DNA of 60,225 nucleotides, filler included, from Gonapodya sp. JEL0774 (Eukaryota): assembly GCA_027604505.1 (NCBI GenBank). It is 6 parts of 6 records of this genome, joined end to end, with 100 filler letters (N's around TTAATTAATTAA, not from the genome) between each part and the next. Parts side by side here need not be neighbours in the genome. Positions count along the whole stretch, not along the records: positions 20,185 to 30,143 come from JADIIX010000400.1; positions 30,244 to 40,199 come from JADIIX010000401.1; 4 more parts are not named here. The stretch is one strand, 5' to 3'. Position numbers and translations under genes: made by a program. Shown here in pieces: positions 25,773-37,142 of the stretch. The notes below the pieces were generated by a model. The model searched no databases, was not told the DNA's origin, and saw only the letters and a program-made list of their open reading frames with translations. Each line of letters starts with the position of its first letter. The first letter of the stretch is position 1.

Positions 25773-28700
25773 TTTATCAGTATGTTTATTAACGTGGTGA
25801 ACTCCACAGCAAAGTTGTGCGGCCATTACAGGGTTGTTAGATGAGTCCCTTGCGTGCTACGGCCTGTTGTGCAGGCGCTAATTCTAGGTAGGGGCCCCCC
25901 TGCCCAATAATTCACCGAAACTCCGAAAACCGCCAAGAAAGTTCCCCCACACTCCCACGAATTCCCGCTGTGCCCCCGGGCTCCTTCACCTCCAGAAGCC
26001 TGTCTCCGTCCGCGTCTGCCTTCGACACCACGTCTCGATGCGGTCGATCCATTCCACCACCTCATCCACCGCCGCCAGGTCCAAGATATCCCTACTGGTG
26101 ATCCAGTTGATCACCACATCCAGCCGTGTGACTCCAAAACGATCCGCCGGGGGGATGGATGCGACGAAAGGTAGGAGCTCTGTGTTGACTCCGGTGCACT
26201 TGAGGGCGTGCACTCTGCCGAGGTCTGCCCCGCACACCTTGCATGGGTGAGGGTGGTTGGCGGTTGTCCCGAGTTGCCAGCGAGTGAGGGAGACGCGCTG
26301 GGGGCGAGTGATTGGGGATGCCGAAGTGAGGTAGGCGCGGGGGCAAAGATCCGGAGCGAGCGGGATAGAGGCCTCGACAGCCCCCTCAACAACCGCACAG
26401 TTCAGGTGATTGTAGTGGTGCCTTTGGCGTTGAGCTTTGGGTAGCGGGGGTGGTGCTACGGAGGGGTTTACGCGGGTGAGTGGGGTGGTCGCATGATCCA
26501 TTAGACTCGCCCGATTTGCAGTCGTCCATGGGTTCCCGTTGACTTTGAACCTCAGCAGTAATACTGGGACGGGGGTTCCAGTCCATTGGATGGGCTTGCG
26601 CGGGATGTTGGAGTTGAGCGCATTCCTGTACACGCGAATTCCGATGACATCGGCGTGGGTGCTGTTGTGGAAACGACAAGTTCCCAGGAAGTCAATCTCG
26701 CGGTACCAGGACTCCACAAGGGGAATACCTGTGATGCGGTGGAGGGCTACGATTGAAGTATTGGGGGGGGCGGAGCAGATTAGTCGCAGGGCGACGTTCT
26801 GCGCCTTCTGGTACTTCGCCATCGAATCCCGACTCGGCAACTTCAAGTCCAATCCATATTCCCACACAGGCCGCACAAAGGCCTTGTAGATACGCGCTGC
26901 TGCGGCTGGAACCCAGCCCGTGACGTTCATTCCGCGTGCCTGAAGAGAGTGTGCGGTGTTGATTGCCCTCTTGCACTGCTTCACGCACATGCCTGCCCAG
27001 TCAATTCCCCGCACCGTGAACGGGTACCCCAAGCACGTAAAACCGTCCACAGACTCCAGATCAATGTCGTAGAGTGTGAGACGCGCCTGCCGCCAGTGTT
27101 TGGGAGGTGCGAAGAGTTCGCACTTGGTGGGCGAGAAGCGCATCCCCGCCGTCTGTGACCACTCTTCCGCGACCCCCAATTGCCTCGCCAACACCTCGTC
27201 CGACCTTGCCACAAGTGCCCCGTTGTCCACGAAGAAGAGTGCAACGATTCGCACACAGTGCACGGTAAGTCCCGTCCCGTCCAATTCCAACAGCAGGCTG
27301 ATGAGCTCGTCGATGAAAAAGTTGAACACGACGGGGGAAAGCGATGAACCCTGCATCAGACCACGAAGGTTGTTGAGGGGGTTGCTGCGGGATCCATTCA
27401 CGACGAGCTGGGAAATGCATGAGTCGAACAAATCGCGAAGGCGCGCAATGGTACGTGCCGGCATACGAAACCTCTCCCGGAGGATCCCCCATAGTCTCCG
27501 CCTGTCCACCAGATTGTATGCTGCTTGGAGATTGAGGAAAGCGACCCGGGCGGTGGTGTTTGCGATGAGGGTCTCGTGGAGTGCGAGCGCCTGGTGTGCA
27601 GTCCCCCGCTCGGGTCGAAATCCCCCCTGTGCATCCGAGAGGTGGGAGGTGAATCTGTTAACGTCCGCCAGGAGTAGGCGCTCGTAGAGACGCCGCCCGG
27701 TGCACGTGAGCGAGATTGGGCGGTAGGTGGAGATGTCCCGTACGTCCCCCTTCTTCTTCCATATCGGCACCACCAAGGCCGTCCTCCATTCGGTTGGTAT
27801 GCACTCCACCGCCGCCACCATCCTCAGAAAAGGTACGAGAGCGTTTATGAGTGGTTCCCCGCCGTGTTTGAGGAACTCGGCGGGGACGACGTCCGTCCCC
27901 CACGCCTTCCCCGCTGGCAATTCCCGCAACTTCTCGGTCACCGTGTCCAGCGTGATGAGCGTGTCCACCGCGATCTCCGGGCTGAGCTGATCCTCCTCAA
28001 GAGTGGGGGGGATGAGTTCCCCCGTAGGTGTCCCGCCAAACGTCGTCCGAAAGTGCTGGACGTGATCATTGATGCGCTTGGGGTCAAGTCCACATCCCCC
28101 GCCTGACTCCCGCTTCCGCGCCCCCTTCACCATCCGCATGAATGCCCCGGAGTTTTGAGGCAGTCCCAGGTCGTCCACGGCCTTGTGGAACATGGTCGAT
28201 TTCCGCTCCGCAAGGTGAGTGCGGTACACCTTGTACCGACCGGTCAAAGTCCTCCCCTCGATCCGTGCCTGCAAACTACCTCCACGCCCACGATCTATGG
28301 TGTCTTGGTGTTGTTCCGTGGCCAATATAAGGGCCTCGCGCTCACTTTCCAGCTCCTCAGTCCAGAAGTCTCGAGGTGGGTCCGCGCCCACCTGTAACCA
28401 CCCAACGGACTCGCCAGCCGCCCGAAAAAGAACCCCCTTCAGCTCTCCCCAAACCACGTCCACCTCCTCTTGGAGCTGGACGTGCCCAAGAGGAGTCACC
28501 GCATGTCGTGCCCGTGTCTCCACCGACCTCGCCGCTACTGTGCGTAAACCATCATCCCCCGCGACCAACTCCCCGTATCTCACCGCGACCTTTGGTTTCG
28601 CCAGCCTCCGCACGTTCCACCTGTCGAAGGCTCTCTCTGGCTTGTCGTCCCGCACCGAGAAAACGAGTGGTCGATGAGTTGACCCCCCGAGCGAGTTGTT

Positions 28701-29937
28701 TTCGAGAACCTTGTAGTCGTAGACTGCTCGGTTGGAAAAGACATGGTCAACCACCGAGCGACCTTCCCGCATGTACGAAGTCCATGTCCCCTGCTCTGGG
28801 ACCTGTCGCACCCACTCCGTGTCCTCCACTCGGGACTCGAGCACCCTCCCTCGCCCATTCCCCGTATGGTCACCCTCCCCCCCTCCCCAACCCACTACCC
28901 TGGCGTTGAAGTCACCCACCACATACACAGGCTTCCTCCCTTCGTCCGTGTACTTGTCTGCCATGTCCATCAGTGCTCCCACTGTATGGTCGTGTGCTGG
29001 TCCCGGTGGTAGGTACGCACTCACAAACACCACCCCATTCACCTCCACCACCACCGCCGACTTATCCGCCGCCGTCTCCAGAACCTGTCCCTTATTGTGG
29101 TACTCTGGTGTGATGGGCGCCACCAGAATACCTCCAATTGCTCGCCGTCCCCCCCGTATCGCTCCGTCATTGGGTATGATTACGTTGGTATAATGCCGTC
29201 TCAGTGGAACCGTGCTCGACGTCCCCAGCCACGTTTCCACCAGTATCACAATGTCCACTCCCTCCTCCTGCGCCGTTTTTGTCACCTCATTGACCTTCCC
29301 CGTAAGGCCGGTGACATTCGCGTATAAGACCCTCATACTGCCGCAACCGGCCCCGCGGTGGCTGCAGCATCATCTCCTGTACTCACAGTACCACTGTGGT
29401 GGTCCCTCCTGCCCTCACCTGCTGTAGGTAGATGTGGGGCGGCAATTCCGCTCCTCGCCCCGTCCCCCCCACCGTGTTCTGTCCATTATGACGTCTCCAT
29501 CACGCGAGTCCCGTTCACTTGGTACTGGGGACTGATTTCCCGAGTGACGCGTGGCTGTTGCTGGATCGATTTCCATTTCGACCCATGCATGCATGTATGG
29601 TGCGGTGATCACCCCCTTGTGAATCCGCTGCTGGCGCCGCGTACCACCTTCCCACATGTCCCAGCTGTGCTGTGGGCTCCTTCAACGCCTGCTGGTATGC
29701 CTCCAATGTGGCCCTCTGTAACTCATCTGGTGCGCCGGCAAGCACCTCCTCATGCAAGTTCTGCGACGCATTCGACCTGCAAATTCCCGCAAGACGAACT
29801 TGGTCCACCTCGTTGGTTGTCGTTGTTGCTATTCGCGCGTTCCTTACCTTTACTCATATCGAGCAGTGATTTTAAATTTGCCAGTCGTTTCCTCTTTCCC
29901 GTCAGTTGTTTCTTGTGGGTCAGCATGGTCGTGCAGC
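25773..29937 (-). mobile_element. Non-LTR retrotransposon (LINE, APE-RT type) with decayed, 5'-truncated ORF1 and 3' UTR
   Basis: ORF2 with APE and RT; AATAAA near 25785-25790 on the minus strand just before the junction with the gypsy integrase. Confidence 0.9.
25986..29336 (-). CDS. LINE ORF2: AP endonuclease + reverse transcriptase + C-terminal Cys/His motif; open but catalytically mutated
   Basis: 1116 aa: ANVTGL, LVETW, VVGDFNAR, VVDHVF; YRPISL, QGGFRP, GLMQGSSLSPVVFNFFID, FFVDN at the YADD position; CKVC..HALKC. Confidence 0.92.
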   Translation of the reverse strand: MRVLYANVTGLTGKVNEVTKTAQEEGVDIVILVETWLGTSSTVPLRRHYTNVIIPNDGAIRGGRRAIGGILVAPITPEYHNKGQVLETAADKSAVVVEVNGVVFVSAYLPPGPAHDHTVGALMDMADKYTDEGRKPVYVVGDFNARVVGWGGGEGDHTGNGRGRVLESRVEDTEWVRQVPEQGTWTSYMREGRSVVDHVFSNRAVYDYKVLENNSLGGSTHRPLVFSVRDDKPERAFDRWNVRRLAKPKVAVRYGELVAGDDGLRTVAARSVETRARHAVTPLGHVQLQEEVDVVWGELKGVLFRAAGESVGWLQVGADPPRDFWTEELESEREALILATEQHQDTIDRGRGGSLQARIEGRTLTGRYKVYRTHLAERKSTMFHKAVDDLGLPQNSGAFMRMVKGARKRESGGGCGLDPKRINDHVQHFRTTFGGTPTGELIPPTLEEDQLSPEIAVDTLITLDTVTEKLRELPAGKAWGTDVVPAEFLKHGGEPLINALVPFLRMVAAVECIPTEWRTALVVPIWKKKGDVRDISTYRPISLTCTGRRLYERLLLADVNRFTSHLSDAQGGFRPERGTAHQALALHETLIANTTARVAFLNLQAAYNLVDRRRLWGILRERFRMPARTIARLRDLFDSCISQLVVNGSRSNPLNNLRGLMQGSSLSPVVFNFFIDELISLLLELDGTGLTVHCVRIVALFFVDNGALVARSDEVLARQLGVAEEWSQTAGMRFSPTKCELFAPPKHWRQARLTLYDIDLESVDGFTCLGYPFTVRGIDWAGMCVKQCKRAINTAHSLQARGMNVTGWVPAAAARIYKAFVRPVWEYGLDLKLPSRDSMAKYQKAQNVALRLICSAPPNTSIVALHRITGIPLVESWYREIDFLGTCRFHNSTHADVIGIRVYRNALNSNIPRKPIQWTGTPVPVLLLRFKVNGNPWTTANRASLMDHATTPLTRVNPSVAPPPLPKAQRQRHHYNHLNCAVVEGAVEASIPLAPDLCPRAYLTSASPITRPQRVSLTRWQLGTTANHPHPCKVCGADLGRVHALKCTGVNTELLPFVASIPPADRFGVTRLDVVINWITSRDILDLAAVDEVVEWIDRIETWCRRQTRTETGFWR

Positions 29938-30143
29938 TGTTCACTCATTGCTGAAAGAGCTGCTCCGGAGTCTTGTATAATCAGTTGCTGTGGCAGATCT
30001 GCGACGCTGCCTTGTACTTCTGCCGCACACCAGTAGCCAGACATATCCGTGTATTCATCGAGCGAGTGAATGTCGTCCAATCCGTGTTGAGTATTTGCAT
30101 GTAATTCCAGGAAATCGACTCGGCATGATCGCGGTGGACGTGG
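29938..30143 (-). mobile_element. Second, oppositely oriented copy of gypsy family A (206-bp protease-start fragment)
   Basis: Near-identical reverse complement of 22617-22822 (DDIHSLDEYTDMSGYWCAAE..IIQDSGAALSAMSEQ). Confidence 0.93.
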
Positions 30144-30243
30144 NNNNNNNNNNNNNNNNNNNNNNNNNNNNNNNNNNNNNNNNNNNNTTAATTAATTAAN
30201 NNNNNNNNNNNNNNNNNNNNNNNNNNNNNNNNNNNNNNNNNNN
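30144..30243. other. Artificial contig spacer
   Basis: N44-TTAATTAATTAA-N44. Confidence 0.98.
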
Positions 30244-30318
30244 TTATTATGTGGTGCTAGTTGTGCCTTATATACATGTGTAGGCTGTGGTCATGTGCGA
30301 GGTGTCAATACCACAACA
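30244..30318 (-). repeat. Partial LTR of gypsy family B (third copy, cut by contig edge)
   Basis: Matches the distal ~75 bp of the LTRs at 31608-31779 and 39148-39317, ending in ...ACAACA. Confidence 0.92.
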
Positions 30319-31607
30319 CCATGGACTTATCCTCTAGTGTGGCACGTTGAATACCTGTAATGATGTCAGTCAGAAGCCATGCATAGGAACCATTAGCATC
30401 AAACATCGGTGAAAATCCAGTGGTTGAGTGCAACCACACATTGTATGTGAATTGGATTGGATGGAGATGTTTATCCCAGTCTGTCTGGCTTTGTGTGGAT
30501 ACTTGTGCATACAAAGCGTCAACCATTGGTTTCATAAAACACTCGGCATAAGGATTACCCACAGTGTGACCTGGTGTTGTGAAGATATGGCAGAATCACA
30601 CTTCTTTTGCTAGTAGTTCCATCACAGCATTGGCAAATGCCAATCCATTATCAGAATGGATTCAAATGGGGATTCCCCAGCAGTAGATCCAGTTGTTGAG
30701 CATCCCAAATGCTGTTGCAGCAGCTGATGTGTTGGGAACTGAAATAAGTTCTGCAACACAATAAAACTTATCCATAATAACTAAGATATGTATATTGCCA
30801 TCAACAGTTTTGGGGAAAGGCTCGGAGTGGTTGAGACATACGTTGTCCCATGGCTAAGCAGAGCTGAAGTCAAAAGGCTCCATTTTGCCGCGATGTGCAG
30901 GACAATTGGGCTTATGGCTTTGGCACGTTGGGCATTTGTTATGAGTGTAATCACATACATCACAAGCCATGTGGTACCAATAGAAGTTTCCCACCATGTG
31001 TTTCAATATGATGGTGGAACCAACATGACCAGCAACGGGATTGTTGTGGAAAATGGGGAGTACTTTTCTTTGTCTTGCAAATGGTACAACAATCTGGGTT
31101 GGGCCATCAGTCACTTTTAAAACTATTCAGTGGTGGTTCTCAGTGTTTGTTTTTGGCTCCCATGTGTGGATATAATTGCGCACAAGCAATCCTTGCTCTA
31201 TAGCCATACTTTTAGCTTGCTATGCAGCTTCCTTAAATACCTTTGTAATTAGCTCAGCAGTTGTTGCTGTTAGTTCTATTACAGTGAGGATGTGAGCAAG
31301 CTCAGGGTCACTTTGTTTGTCTGCAGCCCACTGTTGGCAGTATGCCTGAGGGGACCAGGAAGAGGAAGTGAAAGCTTCAGAGGCTTTATTACAAAGAGAG
31401 CTGACTACATGGATGACAATAAGCACCAGTGGAGTGGGTACTGTCATGTATTTTTGTGTATAACTCTCGTGGCAAATCCTTATATCGTGGATCACTACTG
31501 TCATGCTGATCCTCATATGCAGGGATACTAGCGTCTACCATAAATGCCTCTTCTGGTGCATTGTTGATGCACAACAGGGTGTCAACATTAACTTGAGTTG
31601 AACCCAG
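30319..31607 (-). mobile_element. Older related gypsy element, integrase half (host of nested insertions)
   Basis: FHNNPVAGHVG..FYWYHMACDV..CPTCQ, IHSDNG, MVDALYAQVSTQSQTDW; colinear with but diverged from 31913-33540; many stops. Confidence 0.85.
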
Positions 31608-31779
31608 TGTAGTGGGGCTGTCACTACGTATTGGTCTCAGCCCTCTATGATGGGATGGTGGCCTAGTGATAGGCCTGGAGTGTGAGGTGATGTGAAGTGT
31701 GATCTTATTTTGTGGTGCTAGTTGTGCCTTATATACATGTGTAGGCTGTGGTCATGTGCAAGGTGTCAATACCGCAACA
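31608..31779 (-). repeat. 3' LTR of family B element
   Basis: TGTAGTGGGG...CCGCAACA on +; about 10 differences from the 5' LTR by eye. Confidence 0.95.
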
Positions 31780-31794
31780 CCCCCTGCTCTTCTT
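31780..31794 (-). promoter_or_regulatory. Polypurine tract
   Basis: AAGAAGAGCAGGGGG on minus strand directly abutting the 3' LTR. Confidence 0.85.
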
Positions 31795-31912
31795 AAGCAG
31801 ACAACCTCAGATGCAAAATTGCGATAGCAGAGGGAAAAAATGAAAAAATCTCTGGCGTACATTGTGTACATCGAACTCTTATGTAGAACAAATAAACTCC
31901 AGAGAAATTACT

Positions 31913-34900
31913 TCAGAGACTGTGTGTAATGAGATTGCCTCGCCATGCATCGTTTTTTTTTTTTCGTAGCCCTTTTATGTGTGCACGTATTACATTTCCA
32001 GTGCGGAAGTGCTCGAGTTTGTATGTGACCTCAGTCAATTTTCCAATGACTCTATATGGGCCACTCCATCGGGAAAAAAACTTTGTACTTTCACCTTTGC
32101 GATGGGCTTCCTCATTGTAAACCATAACAGTTGAATTGATATCAAATGTTAAGTTGATGTGTGTTTTGTTGAATTTCAGCTTTCGAACTTGAGCGGACTT
32201 TTGGAATCGATCACGGGGTTCTTCATAGATATGCGCCATATATTCGGACATGGGCATGTTTTCATCACTTGGATCATTTGGATCATTTGGATCGACAGCT
32301 ACTCCTGTGATGATGTCTGTTGGTATACGTGGTTTGTGCCCTGTTGCAGTAAACATTGGTGCAAACCCAGTTGTTGAGTGCACACGGATGTTATACGCAC
32401 ATTGAATAGGTGGTAAATAACTTATCCAATTGTTTTGAGATTTGGTTGAAATTTGCGCGTATAACGCGTCAACCATTGGTCACGTGAAACGTTCGGCGTA
32501 AGGGATTCCTTGTGGATGACCTGGTGACGTGAATGTATGTCGGAAACGCAGCATTGCGGCTAGTTCCTTCATTACATCATTCGCAAATGCTGTTCCATTA
32601 TCGGAATGGATGCGAATGAGAATTCCCCAACGGTAAATCCAGTTGTTCAGCAATGCATGTGCCATTTCCAGTGCCGATGTGTATTTTACTGGTACAAGTT
32701 GAACAATTCCAGTGAACATGTCTATGATGACCAGAATATGCGTGAAACCTTCCGCTGTTGTGGAAAAGGTCCAGCGTGGTCAAGACATAAATCGTCCCAG
32801 GGTTGTGCAGCACTGAAGTCGAATGGCCTCAGGAGCCCCTGTCGATTTGTCTTTGTTGGGTTTTGACTTTGGCATGTTAAACATTTATTGTGTACATATG
32901 ATCGTACATCATGTGCCATGCAGTACCAATAGAATTTTCCTGCCATTGCTTTAAGCATGGCAGTGGATCCGGCATGTGATCCGGTAGGGTCATTATGATG
33001 CATACACAGAATCTCTTCTCTTCAAGCAGCTGGAACCACTTTTTGAGTTGGTCCATTTACCGCTTTTGAGATTATAGTGCATCGCTGACTGTTTGCGGTG
33101 GTTGTCCATGAACGAATTATGGTTCAAACAAGGAGACCATTTTCAATTGCCATTACAGAAGCGTGTCAAGGAGCTTCTTTGTAAGCAGCCATAATTAATT
33201 CCGCAGGTGTTGCAGTTTTTTCTATGACTGCAAAACTCTGGCAAGATCGGGGTCAGATCTTTGGTCTGCTGCCCACTGTTCGCGATAAACTTGTGCTGAC
33301 CACGAAACCGTGGCAAAAGCATTGGATGCTTCATTTGTAAGCGCATTAACAACATCAATGACATTGATGGTCGTGACTGTCATGTATGAACAAGAATCAC
33401 ACTCTGTCATTTCTGCGTCTTGTGCGACATTCTCATTGAAACATTGATCACCATATGTCGGAACTTCAGGGTCAATTTGGCCCATTGTTTTACTGCTATT
33501 TTCCATTCTGAATAATGCATTGACATTTAATTGTGTTGAGCTGGGTCAGTAACGCGGAGTGTGATCAAATTTGGCTAAACGAATTGCCCACCGAGCGATT
33601 TTACCTTTACTCGCTGGATTGTTTAAGAATTTCAGTGACTCATGGTCTGACTGTAATTCAAATGTAGCGCCAAGAATGTGGTGTTGGAAGAACTCACATC
33701 CCCAGATGGCGGCGTAGGCCTCGCGTTCGGAAGTATCCCACTTTTGTTCAGCCGCTGTAAACTTTTTACTGCCGTATCCCACTACACAAGGTTGCCTGTT
33801 TTCATCGAGTTGTTTGAGAACTGCGCCTAGAGCAATGCCTAAAGCGTCAGGTGTGACAATGAACGGCTTGCTATAGTTGGGTCCACGTAGTACACCACCA
33901 GATAGCATGCATGCTTTGAGTTTCTCAAATGATTCGATAGCTTCTGGGCCAAACACAGGCTTTAGCTGTGACAACAGATTCGTCAAAGGTGCCGCAGTTT
34001 GTGCGTACCCTTCAATGAAATGCCGATAATGACTGGTAAGCCCCAAGAACCGTTGTAGTTCCTTGAGTGTCTTTGGCATTACAGAAGTACTAATGGCCTC
34101 CAACTTTTTGGGGTCCATTTTGATGAGTCCACTGGCCGTAATTATGTGACCAAGGTAAGGAGTCTCATCTCAATAGAAGTTGCATTTTGGAGCACATAGC
34201 TTTAGATTTGCACTTCGGAGTCTAGAGAATAGTAAATTTAAATGCTTTAAATGGTTTTTAAATGTATTGGAGTAGACAAGTATGTCGTCCATAGAAACCA
34301 ATAAACATTCCCAATTTAGACCGCGCAGCACGTCGTCCATAAGACGTTGAAACGTGGCGGGAGCATTTGTGAGACCAAACGGCATCCTTACAAAATGGTA
34401 AAGGCCTGTATGTGTTCGGAATGCGGTCTTTTCACGATCGCTGGGTTTTATTGGTATGTTCCAATATCGCCAAGTGATATCGAGAGCCGAATAGTATTTA
34501 GCGTGCTCTGTAGCGGCTAGTAAATCATCTATTCTCAGCAAAGGATACTTGTCCTTCTTTGTTGCCGCATTGAGTTTTCGATAGTTGACGCAAATGCGGA
34601 GTTTACTTTCCTTGTTCGGCACCGTGACTACTGGAAACGCCCAAGCACTCATTGAGGGCTCGATAATACTATCACGTAACATTTTCTGTTCATGTTCGGC
34701 AATTGCGTTTCTGTCTTGTGGACTGCCATGGTAACGTGGTACCACGATTGGTTTCAAGTTGCCTATGATTCTAAGCATGGAAGCATTACAGCTATTATGA
34801 ACCAGTGTTGACATTTTGTCACTTCCAGGTTGCATGGTAAGTATTTTGTAATCCTGGCGGATTATAGGTTCAAAGTATGCAACTCGAGTTCCTTTAGGGA

Positions 34901-35978
34901 CCGAGGCTGGTGCACCGGAGTAATTCTCCAATATGAATTCGGTGGTACCGTTTTTCATATCGCACAATGAGTTTGGTACGACAAGTTTGTGTCGTTCACT
35001 TGTGATTGGATGATACTTGGCAATGCCAGACACATTGGCAAGTTCGGTGCGCTGGTCTGTTCGAATCGGCATAGCACGAACAATTTTCCGTTCGCCCTTC
35101 TCGAGTTCGTAAGACTCAGCTGTAACCATTACAACAATGTTTGTTGGATGAGTTACAGTAGACATTTCTTTCTTGAAATGTATTGGTGGTGAATAGTGTT
35201 TAAGGTGAACCGTTGCACCATTCATGGGGAATGGAAGCGAATTTTCGGCCCAGTTTGATGGAGATACCCTGTTCCCAAAACCATATTGTAGGGGAGTCTG
35301 TCCAATATATGGAACACATGATGGACCTTCCTGTGACCGTGTATGCTAATTGGTAGTTGTATCCGATCGTGTGGTTTGACCATGCGACTGTCTCCAATTC
35401 ATATATGGAATCAGGATGACTGGCTGGTCGTTTGTATCTTTCTTCTTTATGAAAGTACTTAGAGTATGCGTCGTTACTTATCGCCGAGATCGATGCGCCT
35501 GTATCTGGTAATGCGTCGAGTATGATTCCGTGCAAATTGTATGCAAGGATCAATTTGTACTTCAACTAGGCCTATTTGGGCCTCTGACTTGATGTCAGGG
35601 TGCTCCTTGCCACTCAATTTGAAGTTTTGACAGGTGTTCTTAATGTTGATGAGATTTGCACCAGTTGCAGCAAGCATTCGCCTTTTTGGCAGGGGTTGTG
35701 TATCTCTTGTTGCTTGCTCATCCACAATTTGCCTGCTTGAGGGCGACACAATTGGTGTCAGTGGCTGACTTTGAGCAGCTGTGTCACATACTGCAGTATG
35801 TAATGGTGTAGGTATTGGCGTGGGCGCTGCCACAGTCAACTTTCGAGTGTGCCGTCCACAAACGGTTGATGAATACCAGGGTAAATAACCCCCCAACCTC
35901 GAACCTGTGCTACGCACCTGAGGAGGGCTCTGTCCTTGCTCAGTTGGGCTCGTCGAATTGGTTGAACTTTGATGTGTA
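31913..35978 (-). pseudogene. pol: pol of family B (PR, dUTPase-like linker, RT, RH, IN), multiple stops and frameshifts
   Basis: ALPDTGASISAIS, LRICVNYRKLN, MPFGLTNAPATFQRLMD, SMDD in place of YMDD, TPDALGIALGAVL, H..SH..CLTCQ, IHSDNGTAF, RWSGPYRV. Confidence 0.92.
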
Positions 35979-37142
35979 CTAGTGCATTCAAAATGTAAAA
36001 CGACATAGTATTAGCTCTATGAATCCTGTTGAAAAAATTCGCAATCATGGGAACACGTTCACGGGTCCGTCCGCCAGGCACTGCATAGGACAACCATCTG
36101 CGTGGCAAGTGAGTCTACTACGGCTCTGCTTGTTGTTCCACCATTAGCCGCCTGCTATGCGTGACATCTGGAGCTTCCCAAAACCACAATAACGTATTAT
36201 TGTCATCACCTGCCAGCTGGTCTTGCCTAGCTGTTGCCATGCCCTTAGCCGCACCGTTCAATGCGTGGTGCCCGGGGGCAATCTGCAGGAAATGTATGTT
36301 ATGCATTTCAAGCTTAATACCCTTGGAGCGTGTCTGCAGGTTAAGTGCATTCCTGCATTGTGACACTTAGTATTGTCTGCGAGCCCACCTTTGTGGCACT
36401 GGCTCCTCTTATGGATATGAGCAAATACAATGCTTGAGCATTGAAGAATATATAAAATATGATTTGGGTATGTAAGTTGTCAGTGAGTTTTGCGAACGTT
36501 TTGGGTGGAGACTGCGGTGTGGCACAGATGTTGGTGCACACCCTCCACCAACGGTCCAATTTGCAGACTCCCCTGGAGCCCAGACTGTGGGGGATTTTCA
36601 GGAAACGTTCGAGACATTGGGAAGATGTCATGTTTAAATTTTGGAGGTGTTAGGACACCTTTCTGGATTTTAGTGAATTATTCTTCTGTTCAGCACACAG
36701 GCTGAGACACACTTCACCCCCACATGACTTATTAGTAGTTTGAACAGTGGATGACAACTTTTTTGTCGAATTGTGATTTATCAACTCATTGGGCCGGGCA
36801 TGATCAGATGAGCGTTGCGTGAATTGGCACCCAACTTTTTGAATACGGCAGTAGCATGTCGTGCACAATTTTTTTTGCGAAATGTATAAATTGCACGTTA
36901 CTGGTTTCACCGTTAAGAAATGAGTTGATGCAAGTCAAAGCCGGGTCGCAATGTGTGATTTGATCTGATCCTGTGGACCAGGATTTGTGAATACTCCGAC
37001 CAGCTTTTCGCTGACTCTCATACGGGTTGTGCTTCCCACATTATACCGATTATAGTTGATAAAGTATTGTGTAGTATTATAGCATCTGCGCTATTACAGG
37101 TTTTTGGTAGACATACTCCATTTCGTAATACCATCTACTTAC
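35979..37142 (-). other. Predicted 1164-nt gag-pol intron of family B
   Basis: GTAAGT donor overlapping AAG TAA; GCTAAT branch-like motif then TTTTACATTTTGAATGCACTAG acceptor; phase 2 at both ends. Confidence 0.55.

Noticed and set aside
26038..29427. Many plus-strand ORFs antisense to LINE ORF2
   Set aside because: Expected shadow ORFs of GC-rich coding sequence; no motifs
35836..36910. Short ORFs in the family B spacer as an extra captured gene
   Set aside because: No recognisable motifs, different frames, many stops; better explained as intron, though a decayed ORF cannot be fully excluded
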